Assembly: GCF_048403405.1 (NCBI RefSeq) | Contig: NZ_CP183129.1 | Source: Escherichia coli | Lineage (GTDB): Bacteria > Pseudomonadota > Gammaproteobacteria > Enterobacterales > Enterobacteriaceae | Length of the DNA stretch: 64,000 bases | Reading direction: 5' to 3' (one strand) | Part shown: positions 1-9,515 of the stretch, piece after piece | Layout of the letters: each line of letters begins with the position of its first letter | How positions within the stretch are numbered: the stretch's first letter is position 1 | Notes under the pieces: generated by a model | Databases searched by the model: none | What the model saw: only the letters and a program-made list of their open reading frames with translations | What the model was told of the DNA's origin: nothing | Made by a program: the position numbers and the translations under genes

Positions 1-370
1 GAATGTAGAAGAAAAATATTTCGATACCGTCCTGGCCGGACTGTGTGTGGGTTATGCCACCGAAAGACATGCGGGCACCAAAAAAGAGGTCTGCACCTGC
101 GTCGGCAATGTCGATTTACAGATGGGACGTGACCTGACAACCGTGCGTAAAGTCGTCGGATCCGGCGGATGGCTCTCGCGTGCCAGTCAGTTCGATATGC
201 ATCACTGGTTGAAATACCGCGAGTTAAACGACGACGGTAAACGCATTCTCTTACCGACCGAATTTGAATATTACCGCGATTCCCGGGGGCTATTACCACT
301 GCTGGCAAACGTCGCCAGAGTCGATCCGCTGGCCGCCGCGCGCACCAGTATTCAATGCTTAACCCTATAA
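1..370 (+). CDS. 5'-truncated CDS, probable glutamate mutase accessory component L (GlmL/MutL-like), C-terminal part
   Basis: Reading frame is open from window position 2 to the stop at 368-370; lies immediately upstream of the glmE-like gene as in known glmS-glmL-glmE operons; identity inferred from gene order, not from a recognised motif. Confidence 0.5.
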   Translation, partial: NVEEKYFDTVLAGLCVGYATERHAGTKKEVCTCVGNVDLQMGRDLTTVRKVVGSGGWLSRASQFDMHHWLKYRELNDDGKRILLPTEFEYYRDSRGLLPLLANVARVDPLAAARTSIQCLTL

Positions 371-388
371 CAATTAAGGCTGCAATCA

Positions 389-1834
389 ATGGAACTTCGA
401 AATAAGAAATTAACCCATGACGAATTCATGACCGAGCGGCAACAGGTACTGAAAACCTGGGAAACCGGCAAGGATGTTGAAAACTTTGAAGATGGCGTTA
501 AATACCAACAAACCATTCCTGAGCATAAACGCTTCTCTCTTGTGCTGTTGAAAGCAGACAAGGAAGGTAAAACCCTTAGCCAACCGCGCGCAGGTGTGGC
601 GCTGATGGACGAACACATCGAACTACTGAAAACACTACAAGAAGAGTGCGATCTGCTGCCGAGCACTATCGATGCATATACCCGTCTGAATCGGTACGAA
701 GAAGCGGCTGTAGGGATTAAAAAATCCATCGAAGCCGGAACCTCTAAACTGAACGGTTTACCGGTCGTTAACCACGGCGTCGCAGCTTGCCGTCGCCTCA
801 CCGAAACTTTGCAAAAACCGCTACAGATCCGCCACGGCACGCCAGATGCGCGTCTGCTGGCTGAAATCTCGATGTCCAGCGGCTTTACCAGTTATGAAGG
901 CGGCGGCATTTCCTACAATATTCCGTATGCCAAGCGCGTAACGCTGGAAAAATCGATCCGCGACTGGCAGTACTGCGACCGTTTAATGGGGATGTATGAA
1001 GAACACGGGATCCGCATCAACCGCGAACCGTTTGGCCCACTAACGGGTACGCTGATCCCGCCGTTTATCTCGCACTCTATCGCGATAATCGAAGGCTTGC
1101 TGGCGCTGGAACAGGGTGTGAAATCTATCACCGTTGGTTATGGACAGGTCGGCAGCCTGACGCAGGATGTTGCGGCGATCCAGTCTCTGCGTGAACTTGC
1201 ACACGAATATTTTCAGAGCTATGGCTATACCGACTATGAATTAAGTACCGTGTTTCACCAGTGGATGGGCGGCTTTCCGGAAGACGAATCGAAAGCGTTC
1301 GCTATTATCTCCTGGGGCGCAGCCGTCGCGGGGATGTCTGGTGCCACCAAAGTCATCACCAAAAGTCCGCACGAAGCCTGGGGTATCCCGACTGCCGCTG
1401 CCAACATTCAGGGGCTGAAAGCCTCCCGCCAGATGCTCAACATGGTCAACGAGCAGAAATTCCCGCCGTGCCCTGCGGTTGAACTGGAAATTGAACTGAT
1501 TAAGAGCGAGGTTCGCGCGGTACTGAATAAAGTGTTCGAACTGGGTAATGGTGATATTGCGCGCGGTACGGTGCTGGCATTTGAAGCGGGCGTACTGGAT
1601 GTGCCGTTTGCGCCAGCCGCCTGCAACGCGGGCAAAATTCTTCCGGTCCGTGACAACACCGGCGCGATACGCGTACTGGAAGCCGGAGCCGTTCCATTGC
1701 CAAAAGATATTCTCGACCTCCACCACGATTACGTTGCGGAACGCGCACGCTTTGAAGGACGCCAACCGACATTCCAGATGGTTGTAGATGACATCAATGC
1801 TGTATCCCACAGTAAATTAATAGGAAGACCATAA
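389..1834 (+). CDS. glmE: glutamate mutase epsilon (E) subunit, coenzyme B12-dependent methylaspartate mutase
   Basis: 481 aa ORF; N-terminus MELRNKKLTHDEF...PRAGVALMDEH resembles GlmE as I recall it; followed by methylaspartase with overlapping stop/start. Confidence 0.8.
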   Translation: MELRNKKLTHDEFMTERQQVLKTWETGKDVENFEDGVKYQQTIPEHKRFSLVLLKADKEGKTLSQPRAGVALMDEHIELLKTLQEECDLLPSTIDAYTRLNRYEEAAVGIKKSIEAGTSKLNGLPVVNHGVAACRRLTETLQKPLQIRHGTPDARLLAEISMSSGFTSYEGGGISYNIPYAKRVTLEKSIRDWQYCDRLMGMYEEHGIRINREPFGPLTGTLIPPFISHSIAIIEGLLALEQGVKSITVGYGQVGSLTQDVAAIQSLRELAHEYFQSYGYTDYELSTVFHQWMGGFPEDESKAFAIISWGAAVAGMSGATKVITKSPHEAWGIPTAAANIQGLKASRQMLNMVNEQKFPPCPAVELEIELIKSEVRAVLNKVFELGNGDIARGTVLAFEAGVLDVPFAPAACNAGKILPVRDNTGAIRVLEAGAVPLPKDILDLHHDYVAERARFEGRQPTFQMVVDDINAVSHSKLIGRP

Positions 1835-3075
1835 TGAAAATAAAACAGGCTCTGTTCACCGCTGGCTACTCCTCATTCTATTTCGATGACCAGCAGGCGA
1901 TAAAAAACGGAGCGGGTCACGACGGTTTTTTTTATACCGGGGAGCCGGTAACACAGGGGTTTAACGCCGTTCGTCAGGCCGGGGAGTGCGTATCGGTACA
2001 GTTGATTCTGGAAAACGGCGCGGTCGCCGTAGGTGACTGTGCTGCCGTACAGTATTCCGGGGCAGGTGGTCGCGATCCACTGTTCCTCGCAGAGCACTTT
2101 ATTCCGTTCCTCAACGACCATATCAAGCCATTACTGGTAGGCCGCGATGTGGATGCTTTCCTGCCGAATGCCCGTTTCTTCGACAAATTGCGTATTGACG
2201 GCAACTTGCTGCATACCGCCGTGCGCTACGGATTATCACAGGCGCTGCTTGATGCTACCGCGCTGGCAACCGGCCGTCTGAAAACTGAAGTGGTCTGTGA
2301 TGAATGGCAGTTGCCACGCGTGGCGGAATCCATTCCATTATTTGGTCAGAGCGGCGACGATCGATATATCGCCGTCGATAAGATGATCCTTAAGGGCATC
2401 GACGTGCTGCCCCATGCGCTGATTAATAACGTCGAAGAGAAGCTGGGCTTTAAAGGTGAAAAACTGCGCGAATATGTCCGCTGGCTGTCGGATCGTATTC
2501 TGAGCAAGCGCACCAGCGCACGCTACCACCCTACCCTGCACATCGATGTATACGGCACTATCGGTCTGATCTTCGATATGGATCCGCTTCGCTGTGCGCA
2601 ATACATCGCCAGCCTGGAAAAAGAAGCGCAAGGCCTGCCGCTCTACATTGAAGGGCCGGTCGATGCTGGTAACAAGCCCGATCAAATTCGCCTGCTGACC
2701 GCGATTACCAAAGAGCTGACACGCCTCGGTTCCGGCGTGAAAATTGTGGCCGATGAATGGTGTAACACCTACCAGGATATTGTTGATTTCACAGATGCCG
2801 CCAGTTGCCACATGGTGCAAATCAAAACCCCGGATCTGGGCAGTATTCACAACATCGTCGATGCGGTTCTTTACTGCAACAGCCACAGCATGGAAGCGTA
2901 CCAGGGCGGCACCTGCAATGAAACTGATGTCAGTGCCCGCACCTGTGTCCACGTCGCCCTTGCCGCTCGCCCTATGCGTATGCTGGTAAAGCCAGGGATG
3001 GGCTTTGACGAAGGCCTCGATATCGTCTTCAACGAAATGAATCGTACTATCGCGCTGTTGCAGGCTAAGGATTAA
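1834..3075 (+). CDS. 3-methylaspartate ammonia-lyase (beta-methylaspartase)
   Basis: 413 aa, the expected size for methylaspartase (enolase superfamily); start ATG overlaps the glmE stop (TAATG at 1832-1836). Confidence 0.8.
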   Translation: MKIKQALFTAGYSSFYFDDQQAIKNGAGHDGFFYTGEPVTQGFNAVRQAGECVSVQLILENGAVAVGDCAAVQYSGAGGRDPLFLAEHFIPFLNDHIKPLLVGRDVDAFLPNARFFDKLRIDGNLLHTAVRYGLSQALLDATALATGRLKTEVVCDEWQLPRVAESIPLFGQSGDDRYIAVDKMILKGIDVLPHALINNVEEKLGFKGEKLREYVRWLSDRILSKRTSARYHPTLHIDVYGTIGLIFDMDPLRCAQYIASLEKEAQGLPLYIEGPVDAGNKPDQIRLLTAITKELTRLGSGVKIVADEWCNTYQDIVDFTDAASCHMVQIKTPDLGSIHNIVDAVLYCNSHSMEAYQGGTCNETDVSARTCVHVALAARPMRMLVKPGMGFDEGLDIVFNEMNRTIALLQAKD

Positions 3076-3078
3076 CAA

Positions 3079-4449
3079 ATGGCTCGTTCTTTTAAAGTCT
3101 TATCGCCAACGGCAATCCTCGGGTATGGATTCCCGGAAGAGAGCTTCCGTAAAGCGATGGCAGAATCGCCCGATCTGATCGCCGTTGATGCAGGCTCTTC
3201 CGATCCTGGCCCCCACTACCTCGGGGCGGGCAAACCGTTTACCGATCGCGCAGGGGTCAAGCGCGATCTGCGCTATATGATCACCGCAGGCGTGCAAAAT
3301 AATATACCGGTGGTGATCGGAACGGCTGGCGGTTCTGGTGCCGCACCACACCTGGAGTGGTGCCGAGAAATAATTCATGAGATTGCCCAGGAAGAGCACC
3401 TCTCGTTCTCAATGGCGCTGATCCCGGCAGACGTTGACAAAGCCATCGTCCACCAGGCGCTGGATAACGGCAAAATCACGGCGCTGGAGTTTGTCCCGCC
3501 GTTAACCCACGACGCGATTGACGAAAGTACGTATATCGTTGCGCAAATGGGCATCGAACCCTTCCAGCGGGCGCTGAAAGAAGGCGCGCAAGTGGTGCTG
3601 GGCGGGCGCGCTTACGACCCGGCCTGCTTTGCTGCGCTTCCGATCATGCAAGGCTTTGATGAAGGTCTGGCGCTGCATTGTGGGAAAATCCTTGAATGCG
3701 CGGCAATCGCCGCAACGCCCGGCTCAGGCTCTGACTGTGCGATGGGCATCATTGATGACAACGGCTTTACGCTGAAGACATTTAATCCGAAGCGTAAATT
3801 TACCGAAACGTCAGCGGCTGCACACACACTGTATGAGAAATCCGATCCCTACTTCCTGCCTGGACCTGGCGGCGTGTTGAACCTGAAAGGCTGCACATTT
3901 AAAGCGGTCAATGACAGCGAAGTGTACGTCAGCGGTTCTAAGCATGAAGAAACGCCGTATGCCCTGAAACTGGAAGGTGCGCGACGAGTGGGCTTCCGCT
4001 GTCTGACCATCGCAGGAACGCGCGACCCGATCATGATCGCCGGGATCGATAAAATCATCGATGAAGTCAAAACCAGCGTTTCGCGTAACCTGTCGCTCGA
4101 CGATGACAGCATTCGCATCAATTTCCACCTGTACGGCAAAAACGGGGTGATGGGAGACCATGAACCGATGCAAACTGCCGGGCATGAGCTGGGGATTGTC
4201 CTTGATGTAGTTGCACCGACCCAGGAAATTGCCAACAGCGTTTGCTCGCTGGTGCGCTCTACCATGCTGCACTACGGCTATGAAAACCGCATCGCTACCG
4301 CAGGTAATCTGGCGTTCCCGTTCTCCCCTTCTGATATCCAGGGCGGGCCGGTATACGAATTTTCCATATATCACCTGATTGAAGCCAACGACGCTCTGCG
4401 TTTTGATTTCCATATTGAACAGGTGACGCCAGAAGGAGTTCAGGCATGA
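3079..4449 (+). CDS. uncharacterised protein, AtuA/DUF1446-like family (function unknown)
   Basis: 456 aa ORF 3 nt after the methylaspartase stop; family assignment from memory of AtuA-like proteins, unverified. Confidence 0.55.
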   Translation: MARSFKVLSPTAILGYGFPEESFRKAMAESPDLIAVDAGSSDPGPHYLGAGKPFTDRAGVKRDLRYMITAGVQNNIPVVIGTAGGSGAAPHLEWCREIIHEIAQEEHLSFSMALIPADVDKAIVHQALDNGKITALEFVPPLTHDAIDESTYIVAQMGIEPFQRALKEGAQVVLGGRAYDPACFAALPIMQGFDEGLALHCGKILECAAIAATPGSGSDCAMGIIDDNGFTLKTFNPKRKFTETSAAAHTLYEKSDPYFLPGPGGVLNLKGCTFKAVNDSEVYVSGSKHEETPYALKLEGARRVGFRCLTIAGTRDPIMIAGIDKIIDEVKTSVSRNLSLDDDSIRINFHLYGKNGVMGDHEPMQTAGHELGIVLDVVAPTQEIANSVCSLVRSTMLHYGYENRIATAGNLAFPFSPSDIQGGPVYEFSIYHLIEANDALRFDFHIEQVTPEGVQA

Positions 4450-4763
4450 AACAGTCAATTGTCTCACTGGCGCAAGTCATTCGTTCGAAAAATGCCGGAC
4501 CTTACGAACTGGTTTTAGATATTTTATTTAAAACCAAAGAAAACTATGAGCGTGTCAAATCATCAGGGCAATTAACCCCAGAACTGATCGCGCGCTTATA
4601 TCATGTTGAACCTGACTTTATTCATCGTATTGTCTGGTTTGATCCTTCTAACGCAGTAAAAATCGTCATGCCACGAGATATTATCTCCGGGAATGTAGGT
4701 GACAATGATGTCTATGGTGCACAGCAACATGCACCTTTATTAAATATGAGTTTCGATTTGTAA
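4446..4763 (+). CDS. small uncharacterised protein, DUF4387-like partner of AtuA-like proteins
   Basis: 105 aa ORF; start ATG overlaps the upstream stop (ATGA at 4446-4449), indicating translational coupling. Confidence 0.5.
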   Translation: MKQSIVSLAQVIRSKNAGPYELVLDILFKTKENYERVKSSGQLTPELIARLYHVEPDFIHRIVWFDPSNAVKIVMPRDIISGNVGDNDVYGAQQHAPLLNMSFDL

Positions 4764-4923
4764 AAATCCGAATACTTTTAGCCAACTGACATCCCGTCAC
4801 TTATTGCAGTTCAACACTTCAGCTATTTGTAAGGTTGTAATAGCAGGTAGATGCCTGAATCTCTATTCGGGCATCTACTTCTCCTGATTCTGATTTATCG
4901 CCGTGCACCTGATGGAGGAAAAA

Positions 4924-6204
4924 ATGAAGAAAATAAGTTTAACCACGATGATTCTTTTGGCGCTGGTACTTGGAATGATTATCGGCGTAGTGCTCAATAA
5001 CACTGCTTCACCGGAAACCGAAAAACTCTATGCGCAAGAAATATCGATATTCACGACGATTTTCTTACGACTGATAAAAATGATTATCGCTCCGTTAGTG
5101 GTCTCTACCCTGGTGGTAGGTATAGCTAAAATGGGCGATGCCAAAGCCCTTGGTCGTATTTTTTCTAAAACACTCTTTTTATTTATTTGCGCCTCATTGC
5201 TGTCAATTGCCTTAGGCTTGATAACAGTAAATTTCTTCATGCCAGGCACAGGAATTAATTTTGTTGCACACGGAGCCGAAACCACCGGAGTGGTCGCGTC
5301 AGAACCCTTTACGCTAAAAGTATTTATTTCGCATGCTTTCCCCACCAGCATTGTCGATGCCATGGCGCACAATGAAATTTTGCAAATCGTGGTGTTCTCA
5401 ATTTTCCTCGGCTGTAGCCTGACGGCGATTGGCGAGAAAGGCAGCGCCATCGTTCACGCCTTAGATTCGCTGGCACATGCCATGTTAAAGCTCACTGGCT
5501 ACGTCATGCTCTTCGCTCCCCTGACCGTATTCGCTGCTATTTCAGCATTGATTGCTGAACGAGGACTGGCAGTTATGGTGAGCGCCGGGATCTTTATGGG
5601 TGAATTTTATTTCACCATGTTATTACTTTGGGTGCTGCTTATCGGTCTGGCCATCGTTTATGTTGGCCCCTGCATCAGACGCCTGACCCGCGCCCTTTCG
5701 GAACCCGCCCTGCTGGCATTTACCACATCCAGTTCTGAAGCGGCTTTTCCGGGAACGCTTGAAAAACTGGAGCAATTTGGCGTTTCCCCCAAAATTGCCA
5801 GCTTTGTCTTACCCATTGGCTACTCATTTAATCTTGTTGGATCAATGGCCTACTGCTCCTTCGCCACAGTTTTCATCGCCCAGGCCTGCAATATCCATTT
5901 ATCCATCGGTGAGCAAATCACCATGCTGTTGATCCTGATGTTGACCTCGAAAGGAATGGCTGGCGTACCACGCGCCTCAATGGTGGTTATCGCCGCCACG
6001 CTCAACCAGTTCAATATTCCGGAAGCGGGGCTGATCTTGCTGATGGGCGTTGATCCGTTCCTTGATATGGGGCGTTCCGCGACAAACGTCATGAGCAACG
6101 CAATGGGCGCTGCGATGGTGAGTCGGTGGGAAGGCGAACATTTCGGCGAGGGTTGTCGGGGTAAAGCATTAAAACCCAATGAATCGAACGTTGCTCTGCC
6201 CTGA
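4924..6204 (+). CDS. sodium:dicarboxylate symporter family transporter (glutamate/aspartate or C4/C5-dicarboxylate:cation symporter-like)
   Basis: About 426 aa, highly hydrophobic multi-helix protein; GGAGG 5 nt upstream of the ATG at 4924 (longest ORF begins at 4903). Confidence 0.75.
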   Translation: MKKISLTTMILLALVLGMIIGVVLNNTASPETEKLYAQEISIFTTIFLRLIKMIIAPLVVSTLVVGIAKMGDAKALGRIFSKTLFLFICASLLSIALGLITVNFFMPGTGINFVAHGAETTGVVASEPFTLKVFISHAFPTSIVDAMAHNEILQIVVFSIFLGCSLTAIGEKGSAIVHALDSLAHAMLKLTGYVMLFAPLTVFAAISALIAERGLAVMVSAGIFMGEFYFTMLLLWVLLIGLAIVYVGPCIRRLTRALSEPALLAFTTSSSEAAFPGTLEKLEQFGVSPKIASFVLPIGYSFNLVGSMAYCSFATVFIAQACNIHLSIGEQITMLLILMLTSKGMAGVPRASMVVIAATLNQFNIPEAGLILLMGVDPFLDMGRSATNVMSNAMGAAMVSRWEGEHFGEGCRGKALKPNESNVALP

Positions 6205-6311
6205 GGGGGATCTTAAGCAATCAGAAGCCAATGACTACGCATTTTTATAAGCCGGATCATGAAGTTAGACGGCAATTAAGTAAAACTAACGTTTAAGGTG
6301 AAAAGTGAAAT

Positions 6312-7964
6312 ATGTCCAAACCATTTATCTGGCAAGAACCGTTTCTACAAAATAAAGACGGTACAGAATATACATTAATTAGCGATCAACATATTACAGT
6401 AACGGAATTAGACGGCGAAGAAGTAATAAAAATCGCTCCTGAAGCATTAACGCTGCTTGCCCGGCAGGCATTTTATGAAGCCTCTTTTTTCTTACGTTCC
6501 GCTCATTTGCAACAGGTCGCCAGCATTCTTAACGATCCGCAGGCCAGTAGTAATGATAAATACGTTGCGTTGCAGTTATTACGTAATGCTGAAGTCTCAG
6601 CAAAAGGGGTATTACCCAACTGTCAGGATACCGGCACCGCAACTATTGTTGCCAGTAAAGGGCAACAGATATGGACGGGAGGTAACGACGCTGAAGCCTT
6701 AAGCAAAGGCATTTACAGTACTTTCCAGGAAAATAACCTGCGCTTTTCACAAAATGCGCCGCTGGATATGTACACCGAAGTCAATACGCAAACCAATCTC
6801 CCGGCGCAGATTGATATCAGCGCTGTCGCTGGTGATGAGTACCATTTTCTCTGTATTAATAAAGGGGGCGGCTCTGCCAATAAAGCCGCGCTTTATCAGG
6901 AAACCAAATCCTTATTGCAACCAGAAAAACTGACCGCATTTTTAATCGAAAAAATGAAATCGCTGGGCACCGCTGCCTGCCCGCCTTACCACATCGCCTT
7001 TGTCGTCGGAGGGCTTTCAGCCGATCAAACCTTAAAAGTTGCCAAGCTGGCCTCAACGAAATATTACGACAATTTGCCCACCAGCGGAAACGAGCAAGGA
7101 CAAGCATTCCGTGATATTGAGCTGGAAAAAGTATTGCTCGAGGCCAGTCAGCAATTTGGTATTGGTGCGCAATTTGGAGGTAAATATTTCGCTCATGATA
7201 TTCGCGTCATTCGTCTGCCGCGTCACGGTGGCTCCTGCCCGATAGCTATGGCGCTCTCCTGTTCTGCCGATCGCAATATCAAAGCAAAAATTAACAAGCA
7301 CGGTATCTGGCTGGAAAAACTCGAACACAATCCGGGGCAATATATTCCAGCCTCACTGCGGGAAGAAAATCACGCGCAACATGTACAACTGGATCTAAAC
7401 CGTCCGTTGCGTGACGTGATGCAGGATCTCGCCAGATTACCGGTAGGCACCCGCGTGTCGTTAAGTGGTCCCATCGTAGTGGCACGCGATATCGCCCACG
7501 CCAAAATAAAAGCGCGGCTGGATAACGCCGAACCGATGCCGGATTACCTGAAGCATCATATTGTCTATTACGCTGGCCCGGCGAAAACACCGGAGAACAT
7601 GGCCTGCGGTTCACTGGGTCCAACCACGGGCGGTCGAATGGACGGTTATGTCGATACCTTCCAGGCGGCTGGCGGCAGTCTGGTGATGTTATCGAAAGGT
7701 AACCGCAGCCAGCAGGTCACCGATGCCTGTCACAAACATGGTGGCTTCAATCTGGGTAGTATTGGCGGTGCAGCTGCGTTACTGGCGCAAGAATATGTCA
7801 AAAGTCTGCGTTGCCTGGAATACCCGGAGCTGGGTATGGAAGCGGTGTGGATGATGGAAGTGGAAAATCTGCCCGCATTCATCCTGGTAGATGATAAAGG
7901 CAATAATTTCTTTAGTCAGTTTGAGCAGCAACACCGCTGCGCCAGTTGCCCTGCGGGACATTAA
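6312..7964 (+). CDS. fumD: class I fumarate hydratase family protein, probable mesaconase/fumarase (FumD-like)
   Basis: 550 aa, FumA/FumB-like length; C-terminal Cys-rich tail; located in the methylaspartate operon. Confidence 0.75.
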   Translation: MSKPFIWQEPFLQNKDGTEYTLISDQHITVTELDGEEVIKIAPEALTLLARQAFYEASFFLRSAHLQQVASILNDPQASSNDKYVALQLLRNAEVSAKGVLPNCQDTGTATIVASKGQQIWTGGNDAEALSKGIYSTFQENNLRFSQNAPLDMYTEVNTQTNLPAQIDISAVAGDEYHFLCINKGGGSANKAALYQETKSLLQPEKLTAFLIEKMKSLGTAACPPYHIAFVVGGLSADQTLKVAKLASTKYYDNLPTSGNEQGQAFRDIELEKVLLEASQQFGIGAQFGGKYFAHDIRVIRLPRHGGSCPIAMALSCSADRNIKAKINKHGIWLEKLEHNPGQYIPASLREENHAQHVQLDLNRPLRDVMQDLARLPVGTRVSLSGPIVVARDIAHAKIKARLDNAEPMPDYLKHHIVYYAGPAKTPENMACGSLGPTTGGRMDGYVDTFQAAGGSLVMLSKGNRSQQVTDACHKHGGFNLGSIGGAAALLAQEYVKSLRCLEYPELGMEAVWMMEVENLPAFILVDDKGNNFFSQFEQQHRCASCPAGH

Positions 7965-7973
7965 GGAAAATGA

Positions 7974-8576
7974 ATGGAAGCGCGAATTTCAACTGAACGG
8001 CATGTGCAGCGCCAGCAGAAATTGAAGGAACAGGTCGATACGCGCGTCGCGGCGGCGATAGAGAAAAAAGGGATTTTGATTGTTTTCACCGGCAATGGCA
8101 AAGGGAAATCCACTGCCGCGTTTGGTACTGTGACGCGCGCGGTGGGTCATGGCAAAACGGTGGGGGTTGCGCAGTACATCAAGGGGCAATGGGACAACGG
8201 CGAATACAACCTTCTCCAGCCGCTGGGGGTTGAGTTTCATATTATGGGAACCGGTTTTACCTGGGAGACACAGAACCGGCAAGCGGATATCGACGCGGCG
8301 AAAGAGGTCTGGTCGGAAAGCAAACGGATGCTGGCTGACAAGCGTTACGACTTAGTGGTGCTTGATGAGCTGACCTATATGCTGGCTTACCATTATCTGG
8401 ACACCGAAGAAGTGATCGCTTCTCTGCAAAACCGCCCGGCACAACAAAGTGTCATTGTCACCGGACGCGGTTGCCACAGTCAGATATTAAAAATGGCGGA
8501 TACGGTCAGCGAAATCCGCCCCGTCAAACATGCTTTTGATAACGGCATTCAGGCGCAGCCGGGTATCGACTGGTAA
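7974..8576 (+). CDS. corrinoid (cob(I)alamin) adenosyltransferase, BtuR/CobO-family paralog
   Basis: 200 aa with P-loop-like FTGNGKGKSTAAFG motif; close resemblance to E. coli BtuR (about 196 aa) as recalled. Confidence 0.8.
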   Translation: MEARISTERHVQRQQKLKEQVDTRVAAAIEKKGILIVFTGNGKGKSTAAFGTVTRAVGHGKTVGVAQYIKGQWDNGEYNLLQPLGVEFHIMGTGFTWETQNRQADIDAAKEVWSESKRMLADKRYDLVVLDELTYMLAYHYLDTEEVIASLQNRPAQQSVIVTGRGCHSQILKMADTVSEIRPVKHAFDNGIQAQPGIDW

Positions 8577-8609
8577 TAACTGCGCCTGGCATCCCGCCAG
8601 GCGCAGGTT

Positions 8610-9515
8610 TTACATCTCCTGCGGTACGACCGATTTCGCCAGCAACCATTCACGAAATTGCTGCAAGTGCGGCGAGTCAGACTTCTCTTCCTGCCACGTC
8701 ATAATAAAACGATTACCGGTACGAATAGGCACATCACAGGGAATCACCATATCGCCACTATCCAAATCATGTTGAATAGCGAACCGTGGTAACAGCGCCA
8801 CGCCGAGATTAGAGCGCACGGCGGCAATCAGCATTGAAAGCAAATCGAAACGTGGTCCGTTATTGACCAGCGGACTGCTAACGCCAGATAAAGCAAACCA
8901 CTCTTCCCAGCCAGTAATACGGGTGCTTTGATGCAGAAGTGGTAACTCAGTAAGCAGTTCTGCCACTGACAGTTTTTGATCGGACATTGCAAGCAAACTG
9001 CCGCTGCATACCGGCAAAATCTCCTCATCAAAGAGATATTCTACTTCCGCCCAGGGCGCGCAAAAATTTTCGCGCATAATGACAGCATCGTACTCCCGAT
9101 TAAGAAAATCGCCGTTATTAGCTAAAGAATGAATATTAACAATAATATCGGGATGTAACTTTGTGAATTCATGTAAATTTGGGATTAACCAGTGGGTACT
9201 AAAAGTAGGATTAACGGCAAGTTCAATAACCTGAACCGTAGGCTGCCAGGTCATAATGGTATTGGTATCGCGTTCCAGCTTATTTAATGTTTCTTTTACT
9301 ATCCCCAGGTAATACTTCCCTGCATCATTAAGAAAAATACGTTTTTTAGAGTGTGAAAATAACGGAGTATGTAAAAATTCCTCCAGCGCACTCACTTGTC
9401 TGAATACAGCACTTTGGGTTAACGCTAACTCCTCTGCCGCTCTGGTATAACTTTCATGACGTGCGACGACCTCAAAAGTCACCAGCAGCTCCGTTTTAGG
9501 TATTTTTCCTCGCAT
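8610..9515 (-). CDS. LysR-family transcriptional regulator
   Basis: 301 aa; N-terminal helix-turn-helix (LVTFEVVARHESYTRAAEELALTQSAVFRQVSALE) plus a substrate-binding-domain-sized C-terminus. Confidence 0.85.
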   Translation of the reverse strand: MRGKIPKTELLVTFEVVARHESYTRAAEELALTQSAVFRQVSALEEFLHTPLFSHSKKRIFLNDAGKYYLGIVKETLNKLERDTNTIMTWQPTVQVIELAVNPTFSTHWLIPNLHEFTKLHPDIIVNIHSLANNGDFLNREYDAVIMRENFCAPWAEVEYLFDEEILPVCSGSLLAMSDQKLSVAELLTELPLLHQSTRITGWEEWFALSGVSSPLVNNGPRFDLLSMLIAAVRSNLGVALLPRFAIQHDLDSGDMVIPCDVPIRTGNRFIMTWQEEKSDSPHLQQFREWLLAKSVVPQEM

